From NCBI RefSeq assembly GCF_009914755.1, contig NC_060939.1: a stretch of DNA of 64,000 bases; one strand, 5' to 3'. Within the stretch, counting starts at the first letter, position 1. Every line of letters begins with the position of its first letter. The position numbers were made by a program, and so were the translations under genes. The notes below the pieces were generated by a model that was not told where the DNA came from, made no database searches, and saw only the letters and a program-made list of their open reading frames with translations. Origin of the DNA: the human T2T-CHM13v2.0 reference genome, Homo sapiens. Below, piece by piece: positions 26,884 through 43,945 of the stretch.

Positions 26884-27859
26884 GTGTATGTAATAAATTA
26901 CATAGGCAATTCTCAAGCCTAAATATTAGTAATTCATTTTCTCCCCAGTCAGGCTAAAGTGGTTTCTCTAATTAGCTTATTTAATTTTGGAGGATACATA
27001 GTGTTTATTGTGTTATTTATGTTTTTCTGGAAAAGTGCCTGCTCATGTCACTTAATACATTATTTTTAAAATTAGGTTGCTTTTATTACTTATTAATTTT
27101 AGGTCATGATATTTTATTAGCATTATATTGGGTCCTTCACTGCAAATACATTACAAATATTTAACTATTATTTGTAGTCTTTCTCTAGTATGCTTAAACA
27201 TTATTAAATAATTTTATGGACAAATGTAAATATTTCCGATTTCACGTGGACAGTTAGGAAATATTTTATTGCTGTTTAATTTTCTTTTAAGATGCATAGT
27301 CTTTTATTACATCTAGAATTTATATATATGGTCAAAGGTGGAGAATCTAAGGTTACTTTTTAATATATGGCTGGAAATTCTAAAATCTTTATACATCCAC
27401 TCTGGATTGTAGATTTTTATTAAGTTTTATGTTATATACAAAATATATTCAGTGAAAAATTGTAACAAGAGTCTCCCTGAATAGTATGACAAGTGCTATT
27501 TTTTAAAACCATTTTTGAGTATTTTCTTCTTACTGTGATTTTGTTGGTACTGGTACATTTGTCTAAATACGTATTTTAGGGTGCACGCTACTTCGTAAGC
27601 TATTAACCTTTCAGATTCAGCTTTTCAGGACTGACCTGTAAGAATGCAGCTACAGAACGTATAAACTACAGGATTTTCTTTCCATGCAACCTGAAATGCT
27701 TTTTTCTGGAAGCAACGGCAAAAAAAAAGTTATTTTACACTTATTTTATGCTATGCTGAAAAGCAGCAAGGATATAGAAATCGATCGTGGGGTGACAGAG
27801 ACTTTTGGAAACTGTTTATTCTTGACTTCTTAACAGCCCAGAGAGAAGACTCAATAACC

Positions 27860-28230
27860 CTCTGGTCTCCGGGTATTCCCGGTTTGTCCCAGGATGGTAA
27901 CCATGGGTGCGCCTGACAGCGCACTGCCGCAGGAGCGCCGGTCAGACAGGAGGCTACCTCGCGGTGTGCTGTGGGAAGGTCATGTGGGCGGGGAGGCCTT
28001 CGGCTACGGGGGTCGGGCCAGGAGCTTCCGCTCAGCGCTGGTGAGGCGGAGCCAGGAGGAGCGGCTGCGCTCCTGCGGGCCTCAGGCTCTTGGGCCTTGG
28101 CCAGGTCCCTTTAAGATCAGGGCGCTTGCTAGGAATTTCTCGTCTCTGGTTTGCGCGGGGAAATTGAGATGGGAAATATCGCTCAACTCCCCTGACTTCA
28201 TTCTTTCTAGGGTTTAGGCCCCCAGACGTG
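27860..28230 (+). promoter_or_regulatory. CpG island, candidate promoter/first exon (core of duplication copy C)
   Basis: Dense CpG, GC box GGGCGGGG near 27986, CTTCCG near 28025, candidate donor CTG|GTGAGG at 28040/28041. Confidence 0.75.
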
Positions 28231-30159
28231 GATTTTGCTTGTTTGTTTGTTTCCTACCATATAAAGGGAGTGGCTTTTTTTTTTCTGGAAAACGTAAAAG
28301 TGTTGTTAATATCTATCGATTTTATATTCATGTGACGATCCACAAATAAAGTTTTTGTATTCCTTTGTATTATTAGCGCTTTATATTTCTACTTTAATTA
28401 CATTGGTAAGACTTTTTTTTTTGAATGTTTAGATTGATGTGGAGTTTTTTGTTTAATGGGAAGTTAACATCAATTTTGATTTTAGATTTGGATACTGATT
28501 CTCTATTTTGTGTTCTTTGGACTTTTTCATCTACCACAAAAGCTCCAGAAGCAAAATTTCTTCATAGTTTTATACATTATCTTTAAAATCCTGTGACTAT
28601 TACCAGTATATAACCTTATTTAAAAGTTTGTGATTTTTACCCCCAATCTTTTAATTTTCATTCCACTTAAACAACTTTATTAAATTCATTAATAGGAAAA
28701 CTATTGAACTTCATTTTTGAACCACTTCTATATGAAACTCCTCCGACTTCAGAATTTTGTTTCTAACTTACCCCCACCCTTGTACCTCGTGTGCCATCTC
28801 CTAGCTCAGTCATCTGTTGCAGAAATCTCTTCACTGCCACCTCTCACAAAATAAGCAAGTGTAGGTCCTTTTTTCCTATGTGTTGTAAATTATGTGGAAT
28901 TTACCTCCATGTTCTTCTGTATTCTAAAAGTATTATAAAAGGACATTGACAAAGTTAAGGGTGAAGCAGAGGCAGGAAAGAAATCCCAATAACAAAATTC
29001 CTGATATGACATTTAGGAATGATATTCAGCTGTCTTCTTATAGACTTAGAAATTTTCTTTGAGGAATATTCAGAACTATATGCGAGTAATTATTTTGCTG
29101 TGTTAACTTTCTAATTTTTGAGGGAAGAAAATATTTTGTTGATAAAAATTTAAATCTAGAAAAAAATTACATAATAATAGACTGTCATCTACTTTCTGAA
29201 TCCTGAAATTTGCAACCACCTTCAACATTCATACCTGGGTGTCTGCGTTTTCAGATCTATGCTTGTAAATACCTATATACACAAATATGCATATTTCTGT
29301 TTTCCTGCGTGCAGTAGACTATACAAGGTTAATTGTGTTAATTTAAACTAGATATATCAAGTCATAGAATTGCCATGCGGTGTTATCAATGCTCCTTTAA
29401 TTGGTTGGAACGTTATAACTAAAAAAATACATAGTATGCCTTCTTACATCCACTGCACAAGTGAGGACACTAAAATGTGATAGGGTAACTATTGAAAGGT
29501 TACAAAGGCATTAAGTGATGAAATCAGAATACCATCCCTCTGGTTCGCTGCACCCTACCATCCTCTTCACCACTGTATAGGAAGAAAAATCATCTCACTG
29601 TTCTGTTCTATAGTCTTTTACTGTGGATGTGTTAAATATTCAGAAATTACTGATTATCTCTAATATTTGTATGTTAATCTGTTGAAAGGGTGTGTTATAG
29701 TATATTTAAAAAATTATCCATTATTCTTTGATGGATATATACAGTAGTTTGTTTTCTTTTTGTATTTTGCCAAAAGAAACAGTATTGGAGTCCACATCCC
29801 TGTACATTCGTCTGTACTAGAGGTCTATTATTTTTGTAGAATATATTCATAGAATTTAAAATTCTGGGTCAAAGGATGTGCATCTCTGAAATCTTATATA
29901 GTAGCAAATTGCTACCCAAGTTATATTACTTTTTACTATAATGTACATCATCTTGTAGAGTTATGTTGTATATGACATAATATGAGAAACAGTTTTCATA
30001 TTGAAAAAGTACATTTCCTCTCCTTTACTAATTAGAATACATAATTCAGTCATTTTGATTTAGCAGCTATTTAAATACTTTTTATTGCTTTTAACTAAAC
30101 CTTTCACATGCCTTTGGTAAGTTTTTTTGGGAGTGGCCTGATTGGTTGACTCATTACAG

Positions 30160-30723
30160 ATGGACAATAAACCAGAGGAAAGAGCAGAGAGAAAGCAAAT
30201 GACAAAGACCGTGTTTAAAATAAACATTGAGAGGCATTCTGGGGAACTTTGGTGTGGGTGTTTGCTGTAAGTGCTGCCTATTTGTAATTCAAGCCTAAAG
30301 ACCATGTTTTAAGAATTCTGGTATAAAAGAAAAATCTTAATCTCATTTCTTTAAGATGCAATGAGGATTTATTTCATATCACATCAAATATTCAAATCAT
30401 CGTAACCATCTTGGACTGTTCTGAAAGCTCAGGTATGTCCTGAGTCCCAACCTGATTTTCTTTTCTACCACGCTCAACATGTAGACCTTCTTATTCCTCC
30501 AGTATTGGAGGATGAGTTGAGGTCGGTGATGGGGATTACCATTACATCTCTTGACAGATGGCATGTGTGGATTACTTGCTCAGTTGTAAAATACTGTATA
30601 CTTGCTCAAACTAAACACCTACCAGTTAAGCTGTGGGTTTACTCCAGGGGCTTATCATTTTCTTGTAGGGAGAATCACCTTACACTGAGTCAGACCTGTA
30701 ACAGTAGCCATGGCATGACGTGA
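30160..30723 (+). other. Candidate spliced exons 30160-30266, 30356-30432 and 30503-30723 forming an open 134-codon frame
   Basis: Splice sites tcattacAG|ATG, GCT|GTAAGT, ctcatttctttaAG|, CAG|GTATGT, cttcttattcctccAG|; no stop until TGA at 30721-30723. Confidence 0.4.
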
Positions 30724-31546
30724 TTCATGGAAAACACATGGAACAATTCTTGACACGTAAAATGAATTGAATAATTGCTAGCCATTATCTTAATAGTTAT
30801 TCACATGAATTTACACATCTTGTCTTAAAGATAAAAATAGAAAACAGCACTTAAAGAAGTTTAAAAACACAATACTCTAAGACTGAGAAAATATGTTTCT
30901 TAAGGTCACACTGTGTGTGACAAGACTATGATATTAACTGAAACAATGTCATAAAGCCAAACTCAATTTTAAGCATTAAACAGCAGTGATATTATGAGGC
31001 ATTTGGCATACATTTTTTTCCTATGCCTCCCTATTCTTTGCTTCTTATTGTATCATCTCCCGTCCTGCAACCATGCATTTGTGGGATACCATGCATAAAT
31101 ATTACGTTGATCTCAAACTCAGGACCTGGTCACAGTCCTCATCTAGGACTATCATTAATAGTCATGAATGGAGAGTGGCAGACTACAAAATTAGTTAATT
31201 CCCAATATTGTGTTCACTGCAATGCAAATTTCTCAAGAGTAAAATAGGAAGTCTTGGTTTTGCCAAATCAGAGATGCAAAATTTGCTATCAAAGGCCACA
31301 TTGCTGATTGGGATCCTAAAGTGAGAAAAGGATCCTGTTCAAAGTATATGTTTTGTGTACTTGAGAGAATGAAAGTACTAAGGAAATGAGCACACAAAGA
31401 ACATGTTGCTTCTTGGTGGTAAACTGCTAGCAAAATAGAATTGTGAGCCATGTTTACCCATGACAAACCTAGCTGGCCCCCAGTGATAACATGTTATTTA
31501 ACACAGTACAATTATCAAAACCAAGAACTTGACATTGGTACCATAG

Positions 31547-31625
31547 TTTTTTTTTTTTTTTTTTTTTTGAGACGGAGTCTCACTGTGTCGCCCAGTCTGG
31601 AGTGCAGTGGCGCCATCTCAGCTCA
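31547..31625 (-). mobile_element. Alu 3' fragment, abruptly truncated
   Basis: Poly-T then 'gagacggagtctcactgtgtcgcccagtctggagtgcagtggcgccatctcagctca', then non-Alu sequence. Confidence 0.9.
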
Positions 31626-31754
31626 TTTTTAATGTTAAAGCATTTTAACATTAAAATGCTAAAATGCTAATTTTAAAAGCATTTTAAAATTAAAATGTTA
31701 AAGCATTTTCATTGCTTTAACAGTATCACCACACTGTCACTTCTGTGTTGTTTT

Positions 31755-32850
<1,096 letters not shown>

Positions 32851-34317
32851 TGATTTCTATTCTTTTCTACCAACATGCCTTTCTTCTGTCTAGGTGCTTT
32901 CTTTATCATTGTTTTGGAGCCACTTGGTCATGAAGTGCTTTTTAAATAGATATATTCATGTTTTTTGTGTTTGGGAACTCACTGAGTTTTTGAATGTGTG
33001 GGTTTATTACTTTGTATAAATTTGGACTCCAGTTACACATATGTGAGGCTGCTGGAAGCTATACTACAGCTCACTGATACTGTTTTCATTCATGTTTATT
33101 ATGTTTGTCTCTTTTATTTTAGATGGGTTCCATTGCCATATCTTCAAGCTTACTAATCTTTTCTTCTGGAAGTCTAATCTGCAGTTAATACCATTCCCTG
33201 TACTTTTAAAACATCACTGACATTATAGTTTTCCTCCCTAGAAGTTTTATCTGGGTCTTCTTTATTTTCACCTCATCTCTATTAACTTTTCAACGTATAG
33301 AGTGCAGTGACAAAAACTATGTATGAAAAACACTAACTTTTAATGTTATATAACTGCTGTGTCACTTCTGGGCCGGTTTCAAATAATTAAATTATCTATG
33401 CATTCTGGGTGATATTTTTATATTTCTTTGCATGCCCAATATTTATTCGATGCCAGCTATTGTGAATTTTAGCTTGTTGGGTACTGTAAATTTTTGTATT
33501 TCAATAAATACGCTTGACTATTCTGAGACATTTTTTGGGAACAGTTTCATTCTTTGCAATCTTGCCTCTTATGTTTGCTACTTGGACCCAGATACTGTAT
33601 TTAATGTAGGACCAATTATTCTCTACTTCTGAGAGAAGACCCATCTGTGTCTTCTTTCCAATGTCCTATGAATCCTGAAGTTTACCAATTTGGCTGATGT
33701 AGTTTAAGAAAAGAAATTGTTTCCAACCTTGTGTGTGAGGCACCTCTAATCAAATTAGGTGATTCTTTGCCCAGCCGCAGTTAATTTCTTAACTCAGATG
33801 CGCTGCAGGAACTTTTGCCAATCTCTAGAGTTTTTTCTGTGACTAGACCTGTCTTCTTCAGACCTGTTCTAGAAAATAGAGCCACCTTGTTCTTTCAGAC
33901 TTCAGATTCTTCATCTCAAATAAAAAAGTTTTCCAAGATCTTTGCCACTGGAAAATTTTTGGAATCATTAAACTGGGGGCATTACTAGGACAAAGGTCAT
34001 TGTTTCAAATCTTTCACGTGTCACTGCACCGACCTTCAATATTTGATATACACTGTCTTGCAAACCATTGATTTACATATGTACCCATTTTTTATATGTT
34101 TACATGTGGTAAGACATTCAAACCATAATGATTTATCCACAACATTGTGATTCATTCATCTGGCGATTATTCAATTATTATTGTATCACTGGCTGTATGC
34201 TCCTAGTTGGCAAAATTAAGGTGAAGAAGGAACACTGTGAATCAAATTCACAGGGAAAACAGACAAGTGAACTGGCATTTGTAATGTGAAAGGGAAAGTG
34301 AGAACTTTTCTACTCAC

Positions 34318-34383
34318 GATGTCTGTAGGAGCCTCCATGGGTTCATTCACTGTGTGCCACTGAATGAAAGATTTAACATGCAT
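34318..34383 (-). other. Candidate minus-strand exon (66 nt)
   Basis: Acceptor ttatcttttattttAG, donor ATC|GTGAGT; acceptor also retained in the paralog near 54244. Confidence 0.5.
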
Positions 34384-34597
34384 CTAAAATAAAAGATAAA
34401 TATGACAGTCAAAATGTGACACAGTAAATAGCTTTATTTTATACTTATTTAAGAGTCCCTGTGGAATTATTAGAGTATACATTATATTCACATAAAAATG
34501 AAAACAACATGAAAATTCATTTGCCAATGAATTTTAAAGTATATTGATAGTCCTATTCTGATTTTGAATCAGAATTTGATTTAAAGAATGGATAACT

Positions 34598-35050
34598 GCA
34601 GTACATTTTGCAATAGCAAAGACATGGAATTAACCTAGATTCCCATCAATGGTGGACTAGATAATGAAAATGTGCCACATATATACACAGAATACTATGC
34701 AGCCATAAAAAATGAAATCATGTCATTTGCAGCAATATGGATGCACCTGGAGGACATTATCCTAAGTGAGTTAACACAATAAAACAAAACCAAATACTAC
34801 ATGTTCTAACTTAAGAGTGAGGAATAAACACTGAGTACACATGAACCCAAAGAGGGGAACAATAGACCCTAGGGTTTGCTTGAGCGTGGAGGGTGAGGAC
34901 TAAAAATGCTACCTATTGGGTACTATGTGCACTAACTGGGTGACAAAATCCTTTGTATATCAAGCCCCAGTGACACACAGCTTACTCATATAACGAATCT
35001 GCACATGGACACTGTGAATCTAAAATAAAAGTTGGAAGAAAATAAAAAAG
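34598..35050 (+). mobile_element. L1 (L1PA/PB) 3' end
   Basis: 'gcaatagcaaagacatggaattaacctagattcccatcaatggtggac...aatctaaaataaaagttg'; absent from duplication copy 2. Confidence 0.9.
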
Positions 35051-35460
35051 AAGCCAGAACATGGGAAAATAAAAAGTGCCAGAATTGAAATAAAATAAAA
35101 TAAACAAATAATGGATATCTTAATCTCTCCTTTTGTGGAATGAAGAGTGGGGATAAAGAAATCATTTTTAATAAAGAAGGCTGCACCATTGTTTGTGTGA
35201 TTTACACCTCTCCCTCCATTCTACCAGTGTTGATGCAGGTGGCCCTACCAGAAGGAGACAGAAGAAAATTCCAGAAAAGTTTCATCCAAGTGCAGATAAT
35301 GAAAACCATGTCCTGACTCACACTAGCCAAAAAGCAAATGTGGTAAAAATTCAAAAACATGCATAATAAAATTAGTGAAATAGGGTAAATAATAAAGATT
35401 TGGAAATATTTATGAAGGGACCTATATTAATAGATATGAATCCAGAGAAGATGATTTTAC

Positions 35461-35541
35461 ATGCTCTAAGAGGGTAACATTGTCCTGCAGGACAGAAGAG
35501 GAGCAGATGAGGTAGAAGCAGCCTAACCCATGAGAGGGGCC
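35461..35541 (-). other. Candidate minus-strand non-coding exon (paralog of 55013-55109)
   Basis: Pyrimidine tract plus ccactgcAG; donor CAT|GTAAAA. Confidence 0.4.
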
Positions 35542-36359
35542 CTGCAGTGGATTGAGGATGGAGAGGCTGGAGAAGAGGCTGAGGGGAAGTCAGGGCTCCC
35601 ATCCTGGCCTGAGAACAGAAGGGAGCAAAACCAAAACAAAACAGAAACATGCTTATTGTCTAGTGCAAACCCTCTTCATATTAACATCCTTTGAGTTTAT
35701 TGGGAAGTAGACAAGAATACAGGTGAGGATTTGGAGAGATTTATTAGTTCATTTGTGAAGTTAAATATAAAGAATCTTCTGTGTTGCTCTTTGTCCACTA
35801 CATGTGTGGGGCTTACAGGGAAGGAGCATAGAAAAAGTTTTAAAATTATCTGATGTTTAAGTCCAGCGAGGATTTAGGAAACTTACAGACACCAAACTGT
35901 AGGTGGAAGAACTGCCCTTGCAAACTCAGGGGACAGGCATCAGACCTGGACTGGGATGGACAAGGGAGGTCTCCAGGAGGAGGAGCATTGGAGGAGATTC
36001 TGGAGAGTGAGAAGCAGTGAGTCCAGCCAGCAGGGGAGGGAAAGAGACGAGGAAACAATGTGTCCATGGCACAGGCCAGGGCATGAGAAGAGGGCAGTGG
36101 ATTGGAAGGACCGCTGGGATGAGTAATACCTGAGGAGGTAGGAGCAGGAAGCGCTGACCAAGGAGGGACTGGGCAGGGAAGGGAGGGCTGCTCCCTGAGG
36201 ACTGCATTCTGTGGGGAGGGATTTGAATATCTAGTTCTGGTTTCCTAAAATGGTTCCCCAGCGCACGAGGTCTGCTTGGAGGAAGACAGAATGAGTCAAG
36301 ATGGTCCCTGGGCATTATCAGGAGGGGTTGGGTCTAGAGAGGAACGAGGGTGGAGAGAG

Positions 36360-36720
36360 AGGACCCAAGGCTCCCGGAAAGGGAGGCTCGGGTGCTTAGA
36401 TGCTCTTGTTCCCGTTTCTCCATCGTTTAGAACCTGCACCACACGTCTAGCACTGGCCTCCGTCCCTTGGTCACTTTGCAGGTGTAGGTAGGATCCCCGC
36501 AGAACTTTAGAGCGGCGGTCTCATTCCGCCCCCTAGCGTCCATCCATCAGAAGCTGAGCGCAGCCTCACCGGAAGCTGTGGATGAAACCGGTGCCCAGCT
36601 GCGCAGAGTAAAGCGCCTGGCGCCAGGACGCAGGAGAGGCGTGTAGGAGATGCGCCAGATGCGGCGGCGGGCGAACCTTCACGGGACGTTTCTTAGCGCA
36701 GGTTCACCTGTGTCTGCGTT
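36360..36720 (-). promoter_or_regulatory. CpG-rich promoter-like core, duplication copy 1
   Basis: CpG cluster; 'gcgcagcctcaccggaagc' is paralogous to 56152-56171; strand inferred from the downstream exon chain. Confidence 0.6.
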
Positions 36721-38225
36721 TCCTCCAACATGCTCTTTGATATTCTCATACAAATCTCATGATTTTCTCCTGTGTCTCAGAGCGTAACAAGTATTTTGAT
36801 GTCTTGTCACCTGTGCTCGTTTTCATTATATATGTAGCAATGGTTGCTTACTTAAGTTTCTTACTGGTGGGTTATTCATAAAGTATTTCCCAGCTGAGTA
36901 AAAAATGAAATTATCTACTTTAATAAGCCTTTGGTTGATCATTTCTGAAGATTACTGTCTACTTATTTCACGAGGGTATCACCCCTGCATGCCTTAAGCA
37001 AAGATTCTATTTGGGGTTGTGTTTTCCTTCTTAAATTCGGATACTTCTGTGTTCTGGAAAGTGTTACGTAATTAATATTCATTTGAAAAATTCAGTTGGC
37101 ATATCTGTTACTTTGCTTTTACTATCTTTGCAGTCTCATATGTTTTCTTCTGCTTACTTTGTATTTAATTTGTTCTTCTTTTCTAGGATCCTAAGATGGA
37201 AACTTAGATTATTGTTTTAGATTTTTTCTTTTTCAATATATGTGAAGTATATCTTATATCTTTTAATTTAATTTATACGTATCTTTTTAAAATTAAAAGT
37301 GGGTGTCTTGTAGACAACAACACATAGTTTTTTAATTTGCCGTTTGTGTCTTTTAATTGGTGCACTTAGACCAGAGACGTTCATAGTGATTGTTGATACA
37401 ATTGCATTAATACCAACCATATTTCTTACTGTTTTATATTTGCTGTTCTTGTTCTTTGTTTATATTTTTGTATTCTACTCTTTCTGCATTGTGTGATTTC
37501 AATTGAATATTTTATATTCCATTCTTATCCTTTATTAGCATATCAGCAATAAACTTTTTAAAGTAATTTCTCTAGAGAATAAAAGCTTTTATTTTTCCTT
37601 GTGTGAATTGATTCAACAGATAAGAGCTGGTTGAAAACAATAATAGCAACAATTGACTTTTTTATGTATGTTTATATATATGCTCCAATATAGGTGACAT
37701 GAATGAATAATGATACAAGCTACAGGACAGAGGATTTAGGATTGTTCTCTTATTATAAGATACTCACAATACTTGTGAAATAATGTAGTTTTATTTGTAA
37801 ATGTATATTGCAACTTCTGGGGCAGGCTATTAGACCAAGGGCCTCAGCGCCTTGCTGGCTGTTGGCCTAAGGCTGCATTCAGTTCTTCTCATGTTGGTTT
37901 ATCCCACATAGCGGAATGCTCCTCCAAAGCCATAAAGAGAAAGAGTTTGCCAGGAAGAAAGAAATCACAAACTTATGTAAGATCATCACCCAAGTCACAT
38001 CGCGTCAGTCTTTTGGTATTCTGTTGTTTATAAGTCACGGTTCTTGACCACACGCACTGGGAGGGGATTAGAATACAAGGTTGTGTACACCAAGAGGTGG
38101 GCATCATTGGGCAGCATGTTAGGTTCTATCTGCCACATCAGGTCTTTTCCAGTCTGCAACAGTTTCTCAGTCTTCACTTAAATTTTTATCACTTTACCCT
38201 TTTGAAAAGGGTAAAGTAGTCAGGT

Positions 38226-38516
38226 GTTTTTGTTTTTGTTTTGTTGAGATGGAGTCTCGCTCTGTCGCCCAGGCTGGAGTACATTGGCGCAATCTTGGCT
38301 CACTGCAACCTCCGCACCCCAGGTTCACACCATTCTCCTGCCTCAGCCTCCGGAGTAGCTGGGATTACAGGCGCCCACCACCACACCCGGCTAATTTTTT
38401 GTATGTTTTTTAGTAGAGACGTGGTTTCACCATGCTATCCAAGATGATCTCGATCTCCTGGCCTCGTGATCCACCTGCCTCAGCCTCCCAAAGTGCTGGG
38501 ATTACAGGCGTGAGCC
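38226..38516 (-). mobile_element. AluSc-like
   Basis: Antisense dimer. Confidence 0.95.
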
Positions 38517-39005
38517 TTGTTTTTGTTTTGCAAAATATCCTACAATATGGGTTTGTTTGGTTTCTCAAAATTAAATTAGGAATACGGATTTAGATACATT
38601 TAAGTTTGAAGGCAATAATCAGTTAATTTAGAAATAAAAATTTAGAAAAATAAGAATTAGGGCATGAGAGAATTTAAAATAATAATTACCTGCAGTGAGT
38701 AAGAAAGGGGCTGGAATTGGGGAGATGCACTCAGCAGGCATCAGGAATATTAATAATGTCCTGTACAGTAAGCTCAGCAGTGACTTAAAAAACACATAAC
38801 TTTGTTTTTATTTTAGAAGAGTTTTAGTTTCAGAACAGTTGTGAAGACAGTACAAAGCACTAACATTTTCCACAGTTTCTATTATTTTCTTGCATTACTG
38901 TGGAACATTTGTCACAATGAAGCGATAGAATATTCACTAACATCCACACATTATTTGAATACTTTTAGTTTTCACTTAATGCCCATTTTTTATTCCAGGA
39001 TCCCA

Positions 39006-39299
39006 TTTTTTTTTTTTCTTTTGAGACGGAGTCTCCCTGTGTCACCCAGGCTGGAGTGCAATGGCGCGATCTCAACTCACTGCAAGCTCCGCCTCCTGGG
39101 TTCATGCCATTCTCCTGCCCCAGCTTCCTAAGTACCTGGGACTGCAAGCGCCTGCAACACCACTCAGCTAATTTTTTGTGTTTTTAGTGGAAAGGGGGGT
39201 CTCACGGTATTCGCCAGGATGGTCTCAATTCCCTCACCTCATGATCCGCCCGCCGCAGCCTCCCAAAGTGCTGGTAGTTAACCCCACAGCACCGAGCCC
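39006..39299 (-). mobile_element. Alu (AluY-like, diverged left arm)
   Basis: 'gcaagctccgcctcctgggttcatgccattctcc'. Confidence 0.9.
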
Positions 39300-39504
39300 A
39301 GCATGCCACGCTAGAAGCTACATTACATTTGATAATTACGTAGCATTTCTCCTTAAGCTCCCTTTAATTTTTTCCTGTGACAGTTCCGCAACAATTCCTT
39401 ATTTTACTGTCCCTCCTTGGGGATGGACCCAGCCTTTTTCTCAGTGTCCACACTGGATTTGGATAGTTAGGAAAAAAAATATCATGGAGAACGACCGTCC
39501 CTCA

Positions 39505-40107
39505 TGTGTCCAGAATTTATTCCTTCCAGTGGGTTCTTGGTTTCACTGACTTCAAGAATGAAACCACTGACCCTTACCCTGAGTGTTACAGCTCTTAAAG
39601 ATGGTGTGTCTGGAGTTTCTCCATTCCGTGGGTTTGTGGTCTTGCTGATTTCAAGAGTGAAGCCACAAACCTTTGCAGCAAGTATTACAGCTCTTAAAGG
39701 TGGCACGTCCAGAATTGTTTCTTGGTGGGTTCGTGGTCTAGCTGACTTCACGAATAAAGCCACAGACCCTCACTGTGTTACAAGCTCACAAAGGTAGTCT
39801 GGACTTAAACAGGGAGCAGCAGCAAGAGCGAAAGAACAAAGCTTCACACCTGGAAAGGGACTCCAGCAGTTGCCGCTTCTGGCTCGGGTGGCCAGCTTTT
39901 ATGCCCTTATTTGGCCCCGCCCACACCCTGCTGATTGGTCCATTTTACAGAGTGCTGATTGGTCTGTTTTTACAGTGTGCTGATTGGTGCGTTTAAAAAT
40001 CTTTAGCTAGACAGAGAGTGCTGATTGGTGTGTTTACAATCCTTTAGCTAGACAGAAAAGTTCCCCAAGTCCCCACCTGACTCAAGCCCAGCCGGCTTCA
40101 CCTCTCA
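39505..40107 (-). mobile_element. Solo LTR12-family LTR (HERV9), antisense
   Basis: TGTGTCC...CACCTCTCA termini; repeated 'gctgattggt' (CCAAT on the minus strand). Confidence 0.92.
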
Positions 40108-40283
40108 ATTACAACATACCAAGAGTGCTTAGACTATTGACATGCCTTATCACTGTTCATGTTAATTTGATCAGCTGGATGAAGTAGTTTTATCAAATTT
40201 CTCCTCTGTAAAATTATTTTTCCCATTCTGTTTTTGAATGGAAGGCACTATATGCAGCACATGCTTAAGAAGTGGAGAGTTAT

Positions 40284-40584
40284 GGTCGGGTGCAGTGACT
40301 CAAGGCCTGTAATCCCAACACTTTGGGAGGCCAAGGTGGGCGGATCACAAGGTCAGAAGATTGAGACCATCCTGGCTAACATGGTGAAACCCCATCTTTA
40401 CTAAAACTACATAGAATTAGCCCGGCGTGGTGGCGGGTGCCTGTAGTCCCAGCTACTCAGGAGGCTGAGGCAGGAGAATGGTGTGAACCCGGGAGGCGGA
40501 GCTTGCAGTGAGTCGCGATTGGGCCACTGCACTCCAGCTTGGGCAACAGAGGGAGACTCCCTCTTGAAAAATAAAAAATAAAAA
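40284..40584 (+). mobile_element. AluY/Sc8-like
   Basis: 'ggagaatggtgtgaacccgggaggcggagcttgcagtgag'; 'agtggagagtt' repeated on both flanks. Confidence 0.95.
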
Positions 40585-41446
40585 AGCAGTGGAGAGTTGT
40601 GATCTACCTTCTTATGTGCAGAAAAAATACAAATATTATTTGGAATTCTTCACCATGGACAATTTGTCTGTTCTCCTTTGTTTATTTTATATTTATTCAC
40701 TTATTTATTTAGATCAATATGGGATCGTGCATATTTATCTTACACTCTACTTAGGCCATTGCAAGGTCTTTCATTAGGCTCCTGTACCATTTTGAAATTC
40801 CCAGATCACTTCAGTGTAATTTTGTTTGATTGGTCCCTTGGTTGCTCTGTTGTTTAGCATTTTCTTACTTTCTAGTACTGTATGTTATATATGTATATGT
40901 AGTTACCCAGTTAATTTTGTTGACTTCATGTCCAAGACAAGTAGCCGCTGTTTCTTCAAGGAGCCTCAGTTCCTTTTACTGGAGAGTGGTATTAGAAACT
41001 AAGATTCGGATACCATACGTACTCATTGCTGTTTGAATGCCTGTTGATTCAAGGCTTTGTTAGCTAACAGAACAAAGAATCTATGTGTATATGCTAATTT
41101 ATACTCATACACATATCTATAAATATTTCAACATGTGTCCATATGTATTTATATTAAATTAAACATGAATTGCTACTCATGTCTCCAGGACCACAGGATC
41201 TAATCCAGCACCACATAAATCAATCTACCCATTCCCACTACTTGCATGTAACCTCCGCTGTAACAGTGAGACAGTTGGCTCCATTAATTTAATCCTTCCA
41301 TCCCTAAATACTGTAGATAGATATTGGTTTCAGAACTGGTAATTCATACCCTCAGGGAGAGCAACTTTACAAATAAACATAGCATATACATACATCTCCT
41401 TTGTCCTTTAGGCTTTGAATCTCCACTTATTTCCTAAATGTCTTCA

Positions 41447-43945
<2,499 letters not shown>

